Source of the DNA: an uncultured bacterium
GTDB taxonomy: Bacteria; Bacteroidota; Bacteroidia; Chitinophagales; Chitinophagaceae
Length of the DNA: 64,000 nucleotides
Direction: 5' to 3'
NCBI GenBank assembly: GCA_965650105.1
Contig: CBFGNI010000001.1
Span: 730-64,729 of the forward strand
Below are positions 1 through 10,166 of the stretch, in pieces. The position numbers and the translations under genes were made by a program. The notes under the pieces were generated by a model that was not told where the DNA came from, did not search any database, and saw only the letters and a program-made list of their open reading frames with translations. The stretch's first letter is position 1. Every line of letters starts with the position of its first letter.

Positions 1-1
1 C

Positions 2-1015
2 TATGATATTTACAAGAATGATAACTGGCAAAACGATGAGACACGCACCAATAATTTCATTTACAAAGAGAATATTAATGCTGCCTATGTAAGTGCCGAC
101 AGACAGCTGGGTAAAAAGTGGCAGGCAAAAGCGGGGCTGCGTATGGAGAATGCAAATATCAAAGGTTTGCAGGAAGTGACAGGGCAGAGCTTTAACCGTT
201 CGCTTACGTCATTATTCCCAACGGCATTTGTAGGCTATAAGCTGGATGAGAAAAATAGTTTTGAAGTGAATGCAGGCAGGCGTATCCAACGCCCATCGTA
301 CCGCAGTTTAAATCCGTTTGCATTCTATCTGTCTCAATACACCTACACATCGGGCAATGCCAACCTGATGCCCGAGTTCAGGAATTTTGTAGAAGCGAAG
401 CATAATTATAAGAACATGATCTTCTCTGAAATTTCTTATGCAAGAGTATATAACACAATAAATACAGGCGCTATTATATACGATGCAGTTACAAAAGCAT
501 TGCAAAATACTTATGGTAATGGTGGCAGTAAAACCAATATGCACTGTGCTGTAAGTTATAGCCAGGAAGTAGCTGCGTGGTGGACGCTTTCAGGATCGTA
601 CGAATGGTATCATAACGACTACCAGGATACCAATGGCAATTCTATCGCAATATCAGACGGACATGCTGTAAGTGTGGTGAATCAATTCAGCTACAAAGGC
701 TGGAGTTTGGATACTTTGTATGCATACAACAGCGGCGACTTGCAAAGTGTAACTGAACGTAACAAACCAAGTCACTGGACCGAAGCAAGCGTTGCTAAAA
801 AGATATGGAAGGATACAGCTACTATTAAACTATCAGCAGAAGATCCCTTCCATTTATACCAATATGCAGCAGTGCAAAATGGTGCAGGTATTGTAAATAG
901 CAGTGTCAACCAATTTGCTACACGCCAGTTTGCGTTAGGTTTTACTTACAATTTTGGCCAGAAGCAAGATGTAAAGCAGCACAACAGCAATGTGGAAGAA
1001 TCGAAGAGGATGTAG
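2..1015 (+). CDS. Outer-membrane beta-barrel receptor (TonB-dependent-receptor-like), C-terminal part; 5' end lies outside the window
   Basis: Frame 2 is open from base 2, whereas the ORF track only starts at the first Met (143). The translation NNFIYKENINAAYV...LDEKN...RRIQRPSYRSLNPF aligns by eye with the C-terminal half of the 7271..9703 product. It ends in an alternating aromatic beta-strand pattern (FALGFTYNF). Confidence 0.8.
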   Translation, partial: YDIYKNDNWQNDETRTNNFIYKENINAAYVSADRQLGKKWQAKAGLRMENANIKGLQEVTGQSFNRSLTSLFPTAFVGYKLDEKNSFEVNAGRRIQRPSYRSLNPFAFYLSQYTYTSGNANLMPEFRNFVEAKHNYKNMIFSEISYARVYNTINTGAIIYDAVTKALQNTYGNGGSKTNMHCAVSYSQEVAAWWTLSGSYEWYHNDYQDTNGNSIAISDGHAVSVVNQFSYKGWSLDTLYAYNSGDLQSVTERNKPSHWTEASVAKKIWKDTATIKLSAEDPFHLYQYAAVQNGAGIVNSSVNQFATRQFALGFTYNFGQKQDVKQHNSNVEESKRM

Positions 1016-1016
1016 T

Positions 1017-2348
1017 TTATAAAGCTTTCTTCTTTTTAAACGCAAACAAAACAACGCCCGTAGCTATAATGCCTAAAGCGAATAAGATGAATTCTGTCTT
1101 ACTGCTTAGCAAGATGAACAACCAGATGATAATGCTAATTATAGCAGGTATCGGGAACCAAGGCATTTTATAAGGCATGTGTTCTTTTACCTTTCTATAG
1201 TGCAACGCGATCAACCCAAATGCCTGCCCAACAAATTGTATCAGAATGCGCATAGCTATGATAGCGCTGATAACATCACCCAGTTTAAACAACAGGCTGA
1301 ATACAAATGCCAGTCCGCCCAAGGCTAAAAGTGATATATGCGGGAAATGATGTTTGGGGTGCACCTTGGCAAATACTTTAAAGAAGTCGCCATTTTTGGC
1401 TGCTGCATAAGGTATGCGGGAATAGCCAAGAATAACAGAAAATAAAGAAGCGAGTGCAATACATAATACTAGTACAGTTGCTATTTGGGCTACCGTATGA
1501 TTATATAGATGTTCGAAATAAGTGCTTACGATGAAGTTAGACGAAGCGATCACTTCCCACGGCAATACACCCAGCAAAACAGTTTGCATACCAATGTATA
1601 GTATAGCTATACCGGTAATAGAGATGAACATGCTACGTGGTATGTTACGTTCAGGGTTGCTTATCTCAGCGCCCAGGTGGCAAACATTATAGTAACCTAG
1701 GTATGAGTAAACCGTTTTGAGCGATGACTGCCCTAGCGCAGCAAAAAAGGCGAAGGAGAGTATATCATTATCGAACTTGAAGTTGAAAGCTTGTTTGGCA
1801 TTGAAATGTGGTATACCGGATGCTATTAACCAAAGTATAGTGCCGCCCGTTATTATCCAAAGTAGTATAGATATCTTGCCAATGCTCTTGATGCCACGAT
1901 AGAGTAGTGCAACTAACAGGATGACCAAGCCACCACTTACCATTTTTTGTTGGTACTCACCCAATGGTACCAGGTAAGTGAAATATTGAGAGAATCCGAT
2001 AGCGCCACTTGCTACCACAAGGGGAGCTTGTATGGTGGTTTGCCATATAAAGAGAAAAGCCATTAACCGCCCCCATTTCCCTTTGTATAGTTTTTGAAGG
2101 AACACGTAACTGCCCCCGGCTTCAGGCCATTTAGCGCCAAGCTCAGCCCATACGCTGCCATCCATATAGGCAAGTACCGCACCTAATAGCCAGGCAAGCA
2201 GGCACAATGGCCCCTGCATAAGGCCCACAATGAAAGGTATAGTAACAAACGGACCAATACCTACCATATCTATCATGTTGATAGCGGTAGCCTGGGTAAG
2301 CGAAAGGCCGCGTTCTAATTTTGGTGTGGGTACGGTATTATCCTGCAA
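1017..2348 (-). CDS. APC-family amino acid permease
   Basis: 443-aa ORF with about 12 hydrophobic segments. The N-terminal LSLTQATAINMIDMVGIGPF motif is typical of amino-acid/polyamine/organocation permeases. Confidence 0.85.
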   Translation of the reverse strand: MQDNTVPTPKLERGLSLTQATAINMIDMVGIGPFVTIPFIVGLMQGPLCLLAWLLGAVLAYMDGSVWAELGAKWPEAGGSYVFLQKLYKGKWGRLMAFLFIWQTTIQAPLVVASGAIGFSQYFTYLVPLGEYQQKMVSGGLVILLVALLYRGIKSIGKISILLWIITGGTILWLIASGIPHFNAKQAFNFKFDNDILSFAFFAALGQSSLKTVYSYLGYYNVCHLGAEISNPERNIPRSMFISITGIAILYIGMQTVLLGVLPWEVIASSNFIVSTYFEHLYNHTVAQIATVLVLCIALASLFSVILGYSRIPYAAAKNGDFFKVFAKVHPKHHFPHISLLALGGLAFVFSLLFKLGDVISAIIAMRILIQFVGQAFGLIALHYRKVKEHMPYKMPWFPIPAIISIIIWLFILLSSKTEFILFALGIIATGVVLFAFKKKKAL

Positions 2349-2462
2349 TGGCGTGTCAATTGTGATGCAAAATTAATAATGCATACCACAATAGCTATGG
2401 ATTGCCATGATAGCCCTATGGTAATATACTATAAGGTGTGCAGGCTTGATTTTTTAGCAATA

Positions 2463-3455
2463 ATGAACATGAAATATTTATTGGCTATACTCTTACTGTT
2501 TACTTATCAGGCAGCTTTTTCTGAAACGCTTGATTCCCTTTCCATACGGCTCGAAAACTACAGGTATCCGTACCCTGTACAGTACATGAAAACAGCAGTG
2601 CAAAACCAACAGGTAGAGATAGCTTACATGGATGTGTCAACCGCTAAGCCTGCAAATAAAACAGTTTTGCTATTTCATGGCAAAAATTTCCCCGCTGCTT
2701 ACTGGAAAGAAACCATACGTGCCCTAAACGACGCCGGCTACAGAGTGATTGCCCCTGATGCGTTAGGATTTGGTAAATCTTCAAAACCAATAGTACAATA
2801 CAGTTTCTCATTGCTGGCTGCATTAACTAAAAAATTGTTAGATACCCTGCATATTGATAAGGTTTATGTGGTTGGACATTCAATGGGCGGTATGCTGGCC
2901 AGCCGTTTTGTGCTCACTTATCCGAAAATGGTGTCAGCACTGGTGCTTGAAGACGCAATAGGTTTGGAAGACTGGCGTAGCAAGGGTGTACCTTACCGCA
3001 AGGTAGATGAATGGTATACAGATGAAAAGAAGGCCACCTATGAAAGCATCAGGAAATATCATGAAACCTCGTACTATCCTGTATGGAAAGAGAAATATAA
3101 TGAATGGGTGAAAGTGCAGTATGGCTATACGCTAGGTAAAAATTTTGATCAGCTGGCGTGGGTGAATGCACTTACCTACGATATGATATATAACCAGCCC
3201 GTAGTGCATGAATTTAAAAATATACTGGTACCTACCCTTGTAGTAGTTGGTAGTGAAGACCATACAAAACTAGCCCGCAACGCGCCTGATAGCGTAACTA
3301 AAAAGTTAGGACACTACAGGGAACTTGGTAGAAGTACCGCAGCAGCAATACATGGTTCAAAATTGATAACTTATGAAGGGGTAGGGCATGTACCTCATTT
3401 AGAGATACCGGAAAAGTACCATGCTGATCTTATACAGTTCTTAAATGCACACTAA
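2463..3455 (+). CDS. Secreted alpha/beta-fold hydrolase
   Basis: The track ORF is 2379..3455. Starting at ATG 2463 gives a signal peptide (MNMKYLLAILLLFTYQAAFS). It has a GHSMGG nucleophile elbow and a C-terminal GVGHVPH histidine motif. Confidence 0.85.
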   Translation: MNMKYLLAILLLFTYQAAFSETLDSLSIRLENYRYPYPVQYMKTAVQNQQVEIAYMDVSTAKPANKTVLLFHGKNFPAAYWKETIRALNDAGYRVIAPDALGFGKSSKPIVQYSFSLLAALTKKLLDTLHIDKVYVVGHSMGGMLASRFVLTYPKMVSALVLEDAIGLEDWRSKGVPYRKVDEWYTDEKKATYESIRKYHETSYYPVWKEKYNEWVKVQYGYTLGKNFDQLAWVNALTYDMIYNQPVVHEFKNILVPTLVVVGSEDHTKLARNAPDSVTKKLGHYRELGRSTAAAIHGSKLITYEGVGHVPHLEIPEKYHADLIQFLNAH

Positions 3456-4084
3456 ATAAACTTATTGTCCTTCGCTGTTTTTATAGCGTCAGCCTTCGAG
3501 TGTACGTTGAGCTTGTGGTAAATATTCTTGATGTGCGATTTTACCGTTTCAAGGTCAATAAATAGTTCCTCTGCTATACGTTTACGGCTTTTGCCTGTTG
3601 CTATCTGCTCCAGTATCTCTGTTTCGCGCCGGGTGAGTGGCGATGCTTCATTGCGCTGAAATGACTGGATGACCATGCGTGCTATATGAGCGCTCATTGG
3701 CCCGCCGCCTTCCATTACCTCATGTATGGCTGAAATTATTTTATCGTGCGGTGTGTTCTTAGTAAGGTAGCCTGATGCTCCATTGCCTAAAGCGCGGAAT
3801 ATGAGCATGTCTTGCTCATACACGGTAAGGATCAGTATATATGTATCTGGTAATAATTTTTTTAGCTTGGGTATGGCATCTATACCCGATAAGCCGGGTA
3901 GTTCAACATCCAGCAGTATAACATCAGGGTCGTCGTTGGCTATTTTTTTTGCTGCTTCTTCGTACGATGGATACGTGTTCACAATCTTGTAACCTTCTGT
4001 TTGGCCAATAAGATAAGCATAGCCTTCGCGGATGGTTTCATCATCCTCAATGATACAAACTCTTATGTCAAGGTTGCGGCTCAT
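3452..4084 (-). CDS. LuxR/NarL-family two-component response regulator
   Basis: Receiver domain (VCIIEDD...ILLDVELPGLSG) plus a C-terminal LuxR helix-turn-helix (LTRRETEILEQIATGKSRKRIAEELFIDLETVKSHIKNIYHKL). It lies directly downstream of the kinase gene. Confidence 0.92.
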   Translation of the reverse strand: MSRNLDIRVCIIEDDETIREGYAYLIGQTEGYKIVNTYPSYEEAAKKIANDDPDVILLDVELPGLSGIDAIPKLKKLLPDTYILILTVYEQDMLIFRALGNGASGYLTKNTPHDKIISAIHEVMEGGGPMSAHIARMVIQSFQRNEASPLTRRETEILEQIATGKSRKRIAEELFIDLETVKSHIKNIYHKLNVHSKADAIKTAKDNKFI

Positions 4085-4181
4085 GTATTCAGGGTATTTT
4101 CTTAAAGTTCTGATTACTATATGAGAAATCCCTCACCCAATAGAGGTTATTTTTATTAATGTTTGAAGATTTATACTTCTT

Positions 4182-7127
4182 TTAAGAAATAATATGCTGT
4201 TTATCAGGCAGCCGGAAGCTAAGGTTTATAATTGTGCCTTTACCCGGTGTAGAATCGAGATACAATATGGCATGTATTCTTTTTGCCCTGATATTCATAT
4301 TATCTATTCCATGCCCTTTTTTATAGTTGTGCATATCGAAGCCGTTTCCATTATCCGATAATACAAGCTGTAACACATTGTGCTCCTTTATATTCACATC
4401 CAGTTTTACTGTGTTTGCTTTAGCATATTTCAGGGTATTGTTAAGTGCTTCTTTGAATATCATAATTAGATTCCGGCTTACATCCAGCGGCAATTTGTAG
4501 TCGTGCCATTTTTCGTCAGCGCCTGAAAAAATGAAATCAATTTCTGTATCCTGAAACAGTTCCGTTCCAAAATCGCGTATACGATAAAGGATTTCGTACA
4601 GGCTGTCATTCGATGGTTTAAGTGACCAAAGGATATCCCTTGTACCTCCATATAGTTGCGAAGTGTTGTCTTTTATCTGGTCGAGGATACGTTGTGTATC
4701 GGGCGATACAAGGCCCAATTTGTTTTTTAGTACGTCGGTCAATACATTGATACGGGTCAGTTTGTTGCCTACCTCATCATGAAAATCTTCTGCAGTACGT
4801 TCGCGCACTTTATTTTGCTCTTCTCTTCTAAGCCTTTCCAACAGCGCAAGTCTGTTTTGCTTTCTTCGGTTGGTAATATACTGAATAGAAATGCCAAGCA
4901 GGATACATGCAAATACGATAAGCACTTTGAACCAGTTCGTTTTATGGAAAGGTGTTATCAGTTCGAAAGGATATGATAAGGTACGTACTTCGTCCTCGCT
5001 ACCTGCAACGCATTCTACCTGCAGTGTGTATTTGCCGGGTGGCAATGCTGAATAGGTCACTGTATTTATTGAAGACCAGTCGCTCCACGGGGCATCCAAA
5101 CCCTCTATCCTGTATCTGTATTTTACCTGTTCAATGCCGGTAAGGGAAATTGCCTGGAAGGTAAACGTAATATTGTTTTTACGGTAAGGTAGTTTCAGGC
5201 CGTAAGGTACATTGTACCAAACCTCTGTACTATCATAAAAAGTGGTGTCAGTGATATTTTCTCCAAAAACTTTAACCGATTGCAGCACTATGGCTGTGGG
5301 CTGTGAACTGGTAGATTTGGCCTGGGGGCTGTAATGAACCGCACCATCGATAGTGCCAAACCATATACTGCCATCTGCCATTTTTAGCACGGCGTTGTGG
5401 TTGCTTTCCATGCCGCGTATGCCATGTTCTTTACCATAGAAGGTAATAATTGGCTTATCGTGTTTGGTATTTATTTTGTGGATACCATAGCCGGTACCAG
5501 CCCATATATTGCCATCCTTATCGGTAGTGATGTTATAAATAAAATCGGACTGAAGACCATTATTCCGATTGATAACATACGCCTTGCCTGTTTGCCTGTT
5601 GTAGCAAATAAGCCCATTATCACTGGTGCCTATCCATAGTTCGTTATCTCTTAAAGTAAAGCATTGGGCAAAAGAACTATCGGTTGCTGTTTCAGTTTTA
5701 AATGGGGTGATGATATCATTGTGGTAAAGCTTTATTCCCTCGTCGGTAGCTATTAGCATGCTGTCTGCACCTAAAGCAATAAAATCTAGAACCGATGTCG
5801 GTTGCAACGGCAACTTGTGGAAGGTATCATTGTCATATACTACTGCGCCATTCACAAAGCCTATCCATAGCTTACTGCCTTGCTGATAAAAAGTGGTGAT
5901 ATTATTTGAAGGAATGGTTGGAGAAGTATAAGATTTGAAAGTTGTACCCCCGTTATATTTCCATATACCGCTGCCACGCGTGCCCAGCCATATATCGTAA
6001 CCATTGCGTATGGCTATTGCGGTGATGGCTGGCGGCGGTTGCGAAGGCAATGGTACTTTATACACCACGCCATTTTCATAAGTGTACAGCCCGGCGTCGT
6101 AGGTGCCTAAATATAATCTGCCATGTGCCGATGCAATACTCATTATCTGCGCACTGGGAAGGTTCATGCTTTCATCGAGCATGGTAAACTGTGAACCTGA
6201 ATAGCGGTATATACCTTGTCCGTCTGAAGCAAACCATATATTCCCTTCTGCATCGGTCAGTACATCGAAAATGGTATTATCGGTGAGGCCGTTTTTCTTA
6301 TTGTAAAATTGTACAGAGCTGTCTTTTATTTTTATAGCACCGTTCCTGGTGCCCAGCCATAATGCACCTGCATTGTCCTCTGTAATACCACCAACAGCAC
6401 CCAGCTGCATATTATGTGGGCGGAAAGGAACTATTTTATTGTTTGTTATGGTATACAGTCCATTTGAAGTTGAGAGCCATAGACTTTTCTGACCCCTGTA
6501 GATATTGTAAACACGAGGCGCCAGCGCTTCGCCAAAACTCAGGCTATCCCAATGATTACTGCTATAATGATAAATGAGCCCTTCATTCTTTGCCATCCAT
6601 AGCTCTTTACCATCGGAAAGTAAAGCCGTTATCTTATTATCGTCTGGTGTTTTTAACGATCTCGATTTATTATTGGCAATGCTGTATACCCTGCCTGCGG
6701 CAATACACCATATAGTACCATCATCTGCAATTGATATAGATGATACTGCATTTGCACCCGGGTTTTCAGGGCTTTCAAAAACAAAATGCTGGAATGTTTT
6801 ACCATTGAATTTAGATATGCCCTTTGGGCCGCCTATCCAAAGATTGCCGTTTTCATCGCAGGCCAGTGAACTGACTGTATTACTTACCATACCATCGCGT
6901 ACCGAATAGTTGGTAAAGCTTTTTCCATCGTACCGGGAAAGCCCGCCTAATGTACCTATCCATAAGTGGCCCATTTTATCCTGTGCAAGGCAAGTGGCCT
7001 GCGATTGTATCAGGCCATTCTCAACACTCTGATTGTAAAAAGAATAACGCTGCGCATAGGTTGGATAGTGATTCAACACTATCAAGCATAACAATACTAC
7101 AATAATATGCTTTGTATTTTCTTTCAT
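4182..7127 (-). CDS. Sensor histidine kinase with periplasmic beta-propeller repeats and a Y_Y_Y-like domain
   Basis: 981 aa with a signal/anchor sequence and many LWIGT/WFGT propeller repeats. It has one transmembrane segment (WFKVLIVFACILLGISIQYI), a HisKA_3-type H-box (FHDEVGNKLTRI) and an ATPase G-box (DNGNGF). Confidence 0.9.
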   Translation of the reverse strand: MKENTKHIIVVLLCLIVLNHYPTYAQRYSFYNQSVENGLIQSQATCLAQDKMGHLWIGTLGGLSRYDGKSFTNYSVRDGMVSNTVSSLACDENGNLWIGGPKGISKFNGKTFQHFVFESPENPGANAVSSISIADDGTIWCIAAGRVYSIANNKSRSLKTPDDNKITALLSDGKELWMAKNEGLIYHYSSNHWDSLSFGEALAPRVYNIYRGQKSLWLSTSNGLYTITNNKIVPFRPHNMQLGAVGGITEDNAGALWLGTRNGAIKIKDSSVQFYNKKNGLTDNTIFDVLTDAEGNIWFASDGQGIYRYSGSQFTMLDESMNLPSAQIMSIASAHGRLYLGTYDAGLYTYENGVVYKVPLPSQPPPAITAIAIRNGYDIWLGTRGSGIWKYNGGTTFKSYTSPTIPSNNITTFYQQGSKLWIGFVNGAVVYDNDTFHKLPLQPTSVLDFIALGADSMLIATDEGIKLYHNDIITPFKTETATDSSFAQCFTLRDNELWIGTSDNGLICYNRQTGKAYVINRNNGLQSDFIYNITTDKDGNIWAGTGYGIHKINTKHDKPIITFYGKEHGIRGMESNHNAVLKMADGSIWFGTIDGAVHYSPQAKSTSSQPTAIVLQSVKVFGENITDTTFYDSTEVWYNVPYGLKLPYRKNNITFTFQAISLTGIEQVKYRYRIEGLDAPWSDWSSINTVTYSALPPGKYTLQVECVAGSEDEVRTLSYPFELITPFHKTNWFKVLIVFACILLGISIQYITNRRKQNRLALLERLRREEQNKVRERTAEDFHDEVGNKLTRINVLTDVLKNKLGLVSPDTQRILDQIKDNTSQLYGGTRDILWSLKPSNDSLYEILYRIRDFGTELFQDTEIDFIFSGADEKWHDYKLPLDVSRNLIMIFKEALNNTLKYAKANTVKLDVNIKEHNVLQLVLSDNGNGFDMHNYKKGHGIDNMNIRAKRIHAILYLDSTPGKGTIINLSFRLPDKQHIIS

Positions 7128-7270
7128 TTGCTATAGTGAAGTTAAACTATTTAAGGTCAGAAAAGTAAAATCCCCCGTTCAGGGTGATGCTAAAAAAATG
7201 CAAATCACCCGCTATGGGTGAGCGGCAGGGAAAAGGCTTCCAATACATTTGGTTAAATAAAACAAGATGT

Positions 7271-9703
7271 ATGATACTAAGGCTTTTTTCTTTACTAATG
7301 CTGATGATTGGCGCGGATATAGATTTGTATGCTGCTACAATAAAAGGTATTGTAAAAGATAAAGATGGTGTCGCATTGGCGGGTGTAAATATAGTATTGC
7401 TGAAGGACGACAATAAAACACTGGTGATAGCGGACCTGACAAACGAAGCAGGTAAGTTTGTGTTAGATGGGATAGCTAATGGTAGTTATTATTTGAAAGC
7501 TACAATGGCTGGGTTTGATGCTTATGAACCCGGAATGCTAATAATTGATGGTAAAGACGTGGAATTGCCACCTATAGCGCTGCAACAAAAAAGCACCACG
7601 CTAAAAGAGGTAACGATAAAAGCACAAAAACCATTTATAGAAGTAAAGCCGGATAGAATAGTAGTAAACGTAGAGAATAGTATAGTAAGCGCTGGTTCAT
7701 CGGCGCTTGAAGTTTTAGCACGATCGCCCGGCGTGAAGGTTGACCAGAACGACAATATCAGCCTGAAAGGTAAACAGGGTGTTACTATAATGATAGATGG
7801 AAAGATAACGCCTGTATCGGGAGATGACCTGGCAAATATTTTAAAGAGTATGCCTTCCAGTACGATTGATAAAATTGAACTTATCAGTAACCCCGGAGCA
7901 AAATACGATGCGGCAGGTACCGCCGGAATAATTAATATTAAAACAAAGAAAGACCAGAAAGTAGGGTGGAACGGTACTGCGAATCTTAGTTATGCACAAG
8001 GTGTGTATCCTAAATATAATGGTGGTGTAAACCTGAATTATCGCAATAAGAAAGTAAATGTATTTGTCAATTATAGTTATGCCAATAGGTACTGGTTCAA
8101 TCACCTGATGCTGAACAGAAGGTTTTACACACCAACTGGAAGCCTTGCATTTGTTTACGACCAAAATAATTATTCCCTTTTCGATTTCAGAAATCATATA
8201 GGCGGTGCCGGTGTTGACTATAGTATTTCCAGGAACACAACTGTTGGTGTATCAGTAAATGGTGGGGTTAATAAGTTTAACCCTAAAGCGGATAATAGTT
8301 CAAGAGCGCTGGGCTCCAATCTTGAAACGATTTATAATTTCAATACAACAGGCAGGCACAATAATAAGTTTGATAATCTTTCTTCGAATGTATATCTGCG
8401 ACACAACTTCGATACAACTGGCAGGGAATTAAGTATAGATGCTGACTATGCCCGATACTCCAATACATCGAACCAGAATTTTGTAACCACTTATACAAAT
8501 ACGGAAGGTGGGCAGTACCAACCTGACTATGACATGAAAAGCTATCTTAATGGAGTAACACAAATACGTTCCCTCAAGGCTGATTATAGTAATCCGCTAC
8601 CAAAGAAGATGAAGCTGGATGCTGGCATTAAAACAAGCTATGTAACAGCTGATAATGAGCCACTATTTTATGAAAAGAACGCGATCGATTATGTTTTAGA
8701 TACCACCCGCAGCAATCATTTTATTTATACAGAAAATATAAATGCTGCTTATGTGAATATGAGTAAAGATTGGGGTAAATGGAACGCACAAATTGGATTG
8801 CGCACAGAGAATACCAATGTAGAAGCGCAGCAGGTAACATTGAATACTACTTATAAACGAAATTATACACAACTGTTTCCCAGTGTAGCAGTACAACGCC
8901 ACCTGGATGAGAAAAATGATATTGGCCTAACATTAAGCAGGCGTATAGAGCGTCCGAGCTATGAACAATTAAACCCTTTTAAGTTTTTTATTGATAAGAC
9001 TACATATAGGGCAGGCTATCCTTATTTGAATCCGGCATCGTCTTACTCAGCTGAGCTATCCCATACCTTCAAGCAGAAATTTGTAACTACGTTTACTTAT
9101 AGTGCTACATCGAATGTATTAGTAGAAGTAATACAGCCCAGCGAAACTGAAGATTCAGTAACGGTGCAAACTACCAAGAACCTGAAGCGTATGTCATTCT
9201 ATGGTGTAAGTGGTGCGTACCCTTTCCAGGTAACAAAATGGTGGAGCAATGTTACCAACTTCAATGTTTATTATTCTTTTTACGAAGGGTTTATAGCAAA
9301 CACCAATCTCAGCAATGGTGCGCCTACGTTTGATATTTATACTACGAATAGCTTTATACTACCTAAAGACTATTCAGCAGAAGTTAGTTTCTTCTACCAG
9401 GCACCACAGGTATATGGATTTATGAATGTAAGATCGAACTGGATGCTGAACGCAGGTATTCAAAAAAATATGTTTGATAAAAAAGCTACTATAAAAGTGA
9501 ACATACAGGATATATTCTGGAAAGCATATCCACGTGGTACATCTACTTATACGGGGTATATAGAAGATTTTACAGCTAAGCGGGATACCAGGCAGGTATC
9601 CATTTCATTCACATATCGTTTGGGTAATAAAGCCGTTGGGCAGGTGAAGCGCAGGTCTGGTGGTGCGGAAGATGAAAAGCGCCGGGCAGGTAATGGTGGG
9701 TAA
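7271..9703 (+). CDS. Outer-membrane receptor-like beta-barrel protein with CarboxypepD_reg N-domain (TonB-dependent-receptor-like)
   Basis: The track ORF is 7184..9703. Starting at ATG 7271 gives the signal peptide MILRLFSLLMLMIGADIDLYAA. It has a CarboxypepD_reg-like segment (IKGIVKDKDGVALAGVNIVLL), a plug-like ALEVLARSPGV, a long barrel and a C-terminal SISFTYRLG. Confidence 0.85.
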   Translation: MILRLFSLLMLMIGADIDLYAATIKGIVKDKDGVALAGVNIVLLKDDNKTLVIADLTNEAGKFVLDGIANGSYYLKATMAGFDAYEPGMLIIDGKDVELPPIALQQKSTTLKEVTIKAQKPFIEVKPDRIVVNVENSIVSAGSSALEVLARSPGVKVDQNDNISLKGKQGVTIMIDGKITPVSGDDLANILKSMPSSTIDKIELISNPGAKYDAAGTAGIINIKTKKDQKVGWNGTANLSYAQGVYPKYNGGVNLNYRNKKVNVFVNYSYANRYWFNHLMLNRRFYTPTGSLAFVYDQNNYSLFDFRNHIGGAGVDYSISRNTTVGVSVNGGVNKFNPKADNSSRALGSNLETIYNFNTTGRHNNKFDNLSSNVYLRHNFDTTGRELSIDADYARYSNTSNQNFVTTYTNTEGGQYQPDYDMKSYLNGVTQIRSLKADYSNPLPKKMKLDAGIKTSYVTADNEPLFYEKNAIDYVLDTTRSNHFIYTENINAAYVNMSKDWGKWNAQIGLRTENTNVEAQQVTLNTTYKRNYTQLFPSVAVQRHLDEKNDIGLTLSRRIERPSYEQLNPFKFFIDKTTYRAGYPYLNPASSYSAELSHTFKQKFVTTFTYSATSNVLVEVIQPSETEDSVTVQTTKNLKRMSFYGVSGAYPFQVTKWWSNVTNFNVYYSFYEGFIANTNLSNGAPTFDIYTTNSFILPKDYSAEVSFFYQAPQVYGFMNVRSNWMLNAGIQKNMFDKKATIKVNIQDIFWKAYPRGTSTYTGYIEDFTAKRDTRQVSISFTYRLGNKAVGQVKRRSGGAEDEKRRAGNGG

Positions 9704-9796
9704 ATTATTGCTTAATTGTAACCAATTCCCTCATTTATACGTCAAACACAATAACCAAATGAACAATGTACTGCGTCACTACAGTACTGAAAACAA

Positions 9797-9836
9797 TACC
9801 CTCCGTGCTGCATTGCGGAGGGTATTTCTTTTTTGT
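9797..9836. terminator. Rho-independent terminator between convergent genes
   Basis: TACCCTCCG (9797-9805) pairs with CGGAGGGTA (9816-9824) and is followed by TTTCTTTTTT. Confidence 0.8.
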
Positions 9837-9845
9837 TGACAATAT

Positions 9846-10064
9846 TTATTTTAAGCTGCAATCGCCGGCAAATGCTTCTGCATAGCCATCTAACGTATTG
9901 CAGGAGTCTTGTGCTTTGCTTCTGTCCAGGTTTGTAAGGTTATATTCTTTCTTATCACCACTCAGGTATTTGCAATAACATACCCCACTTTCTTTCTTAG
10001 AACATCCGGTAGCAACTATTAATGTAATTGCAAAAACCGATAAATAACTGCATACGCTTTTCAT
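9846..10064 (-). CDS. Small Cys-rich lipoprotein, unknown function
   Basis: Starting at Met-10 of the track ORF gives MKSVCSYLSVFAITLIVATGC, a lipoprotein signal with a lipobox Cys. Four further Cys residues follow in the roughly 50-aa mature part. Confidence 0.5.
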   Translation of the reverse strand: MKSVCSYLSVFAITLIVATGCSKKESGVCYCKYLSGDKKEYNLTNLDRSKAQDSCNTLDGYAEAFAGDCSLK

Positions 10065-10166
10065 AAAGAAAACATTTGTTACAGTTAACATGCTTAAATA
10101 GTCATGCCATGTTGAAACAACTGTTGTGTTGCCGTTAATTGCGGATTTAAATTACTATAATGAGAA

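Noticed and set aside
5477-5485. TGTGGATAC, an 8/9 DnaA-box match
   Set aside because: It is a single imperfect copy inside the histidine-kinase coding region, which is consistent with chance.
7147-7413. 88-aa minus-strand ORF overlapping the start of the receptor gene
   Set aside because: It overlaps the signal-peptide region of a well-supported plus-strand gene and has no motifs.
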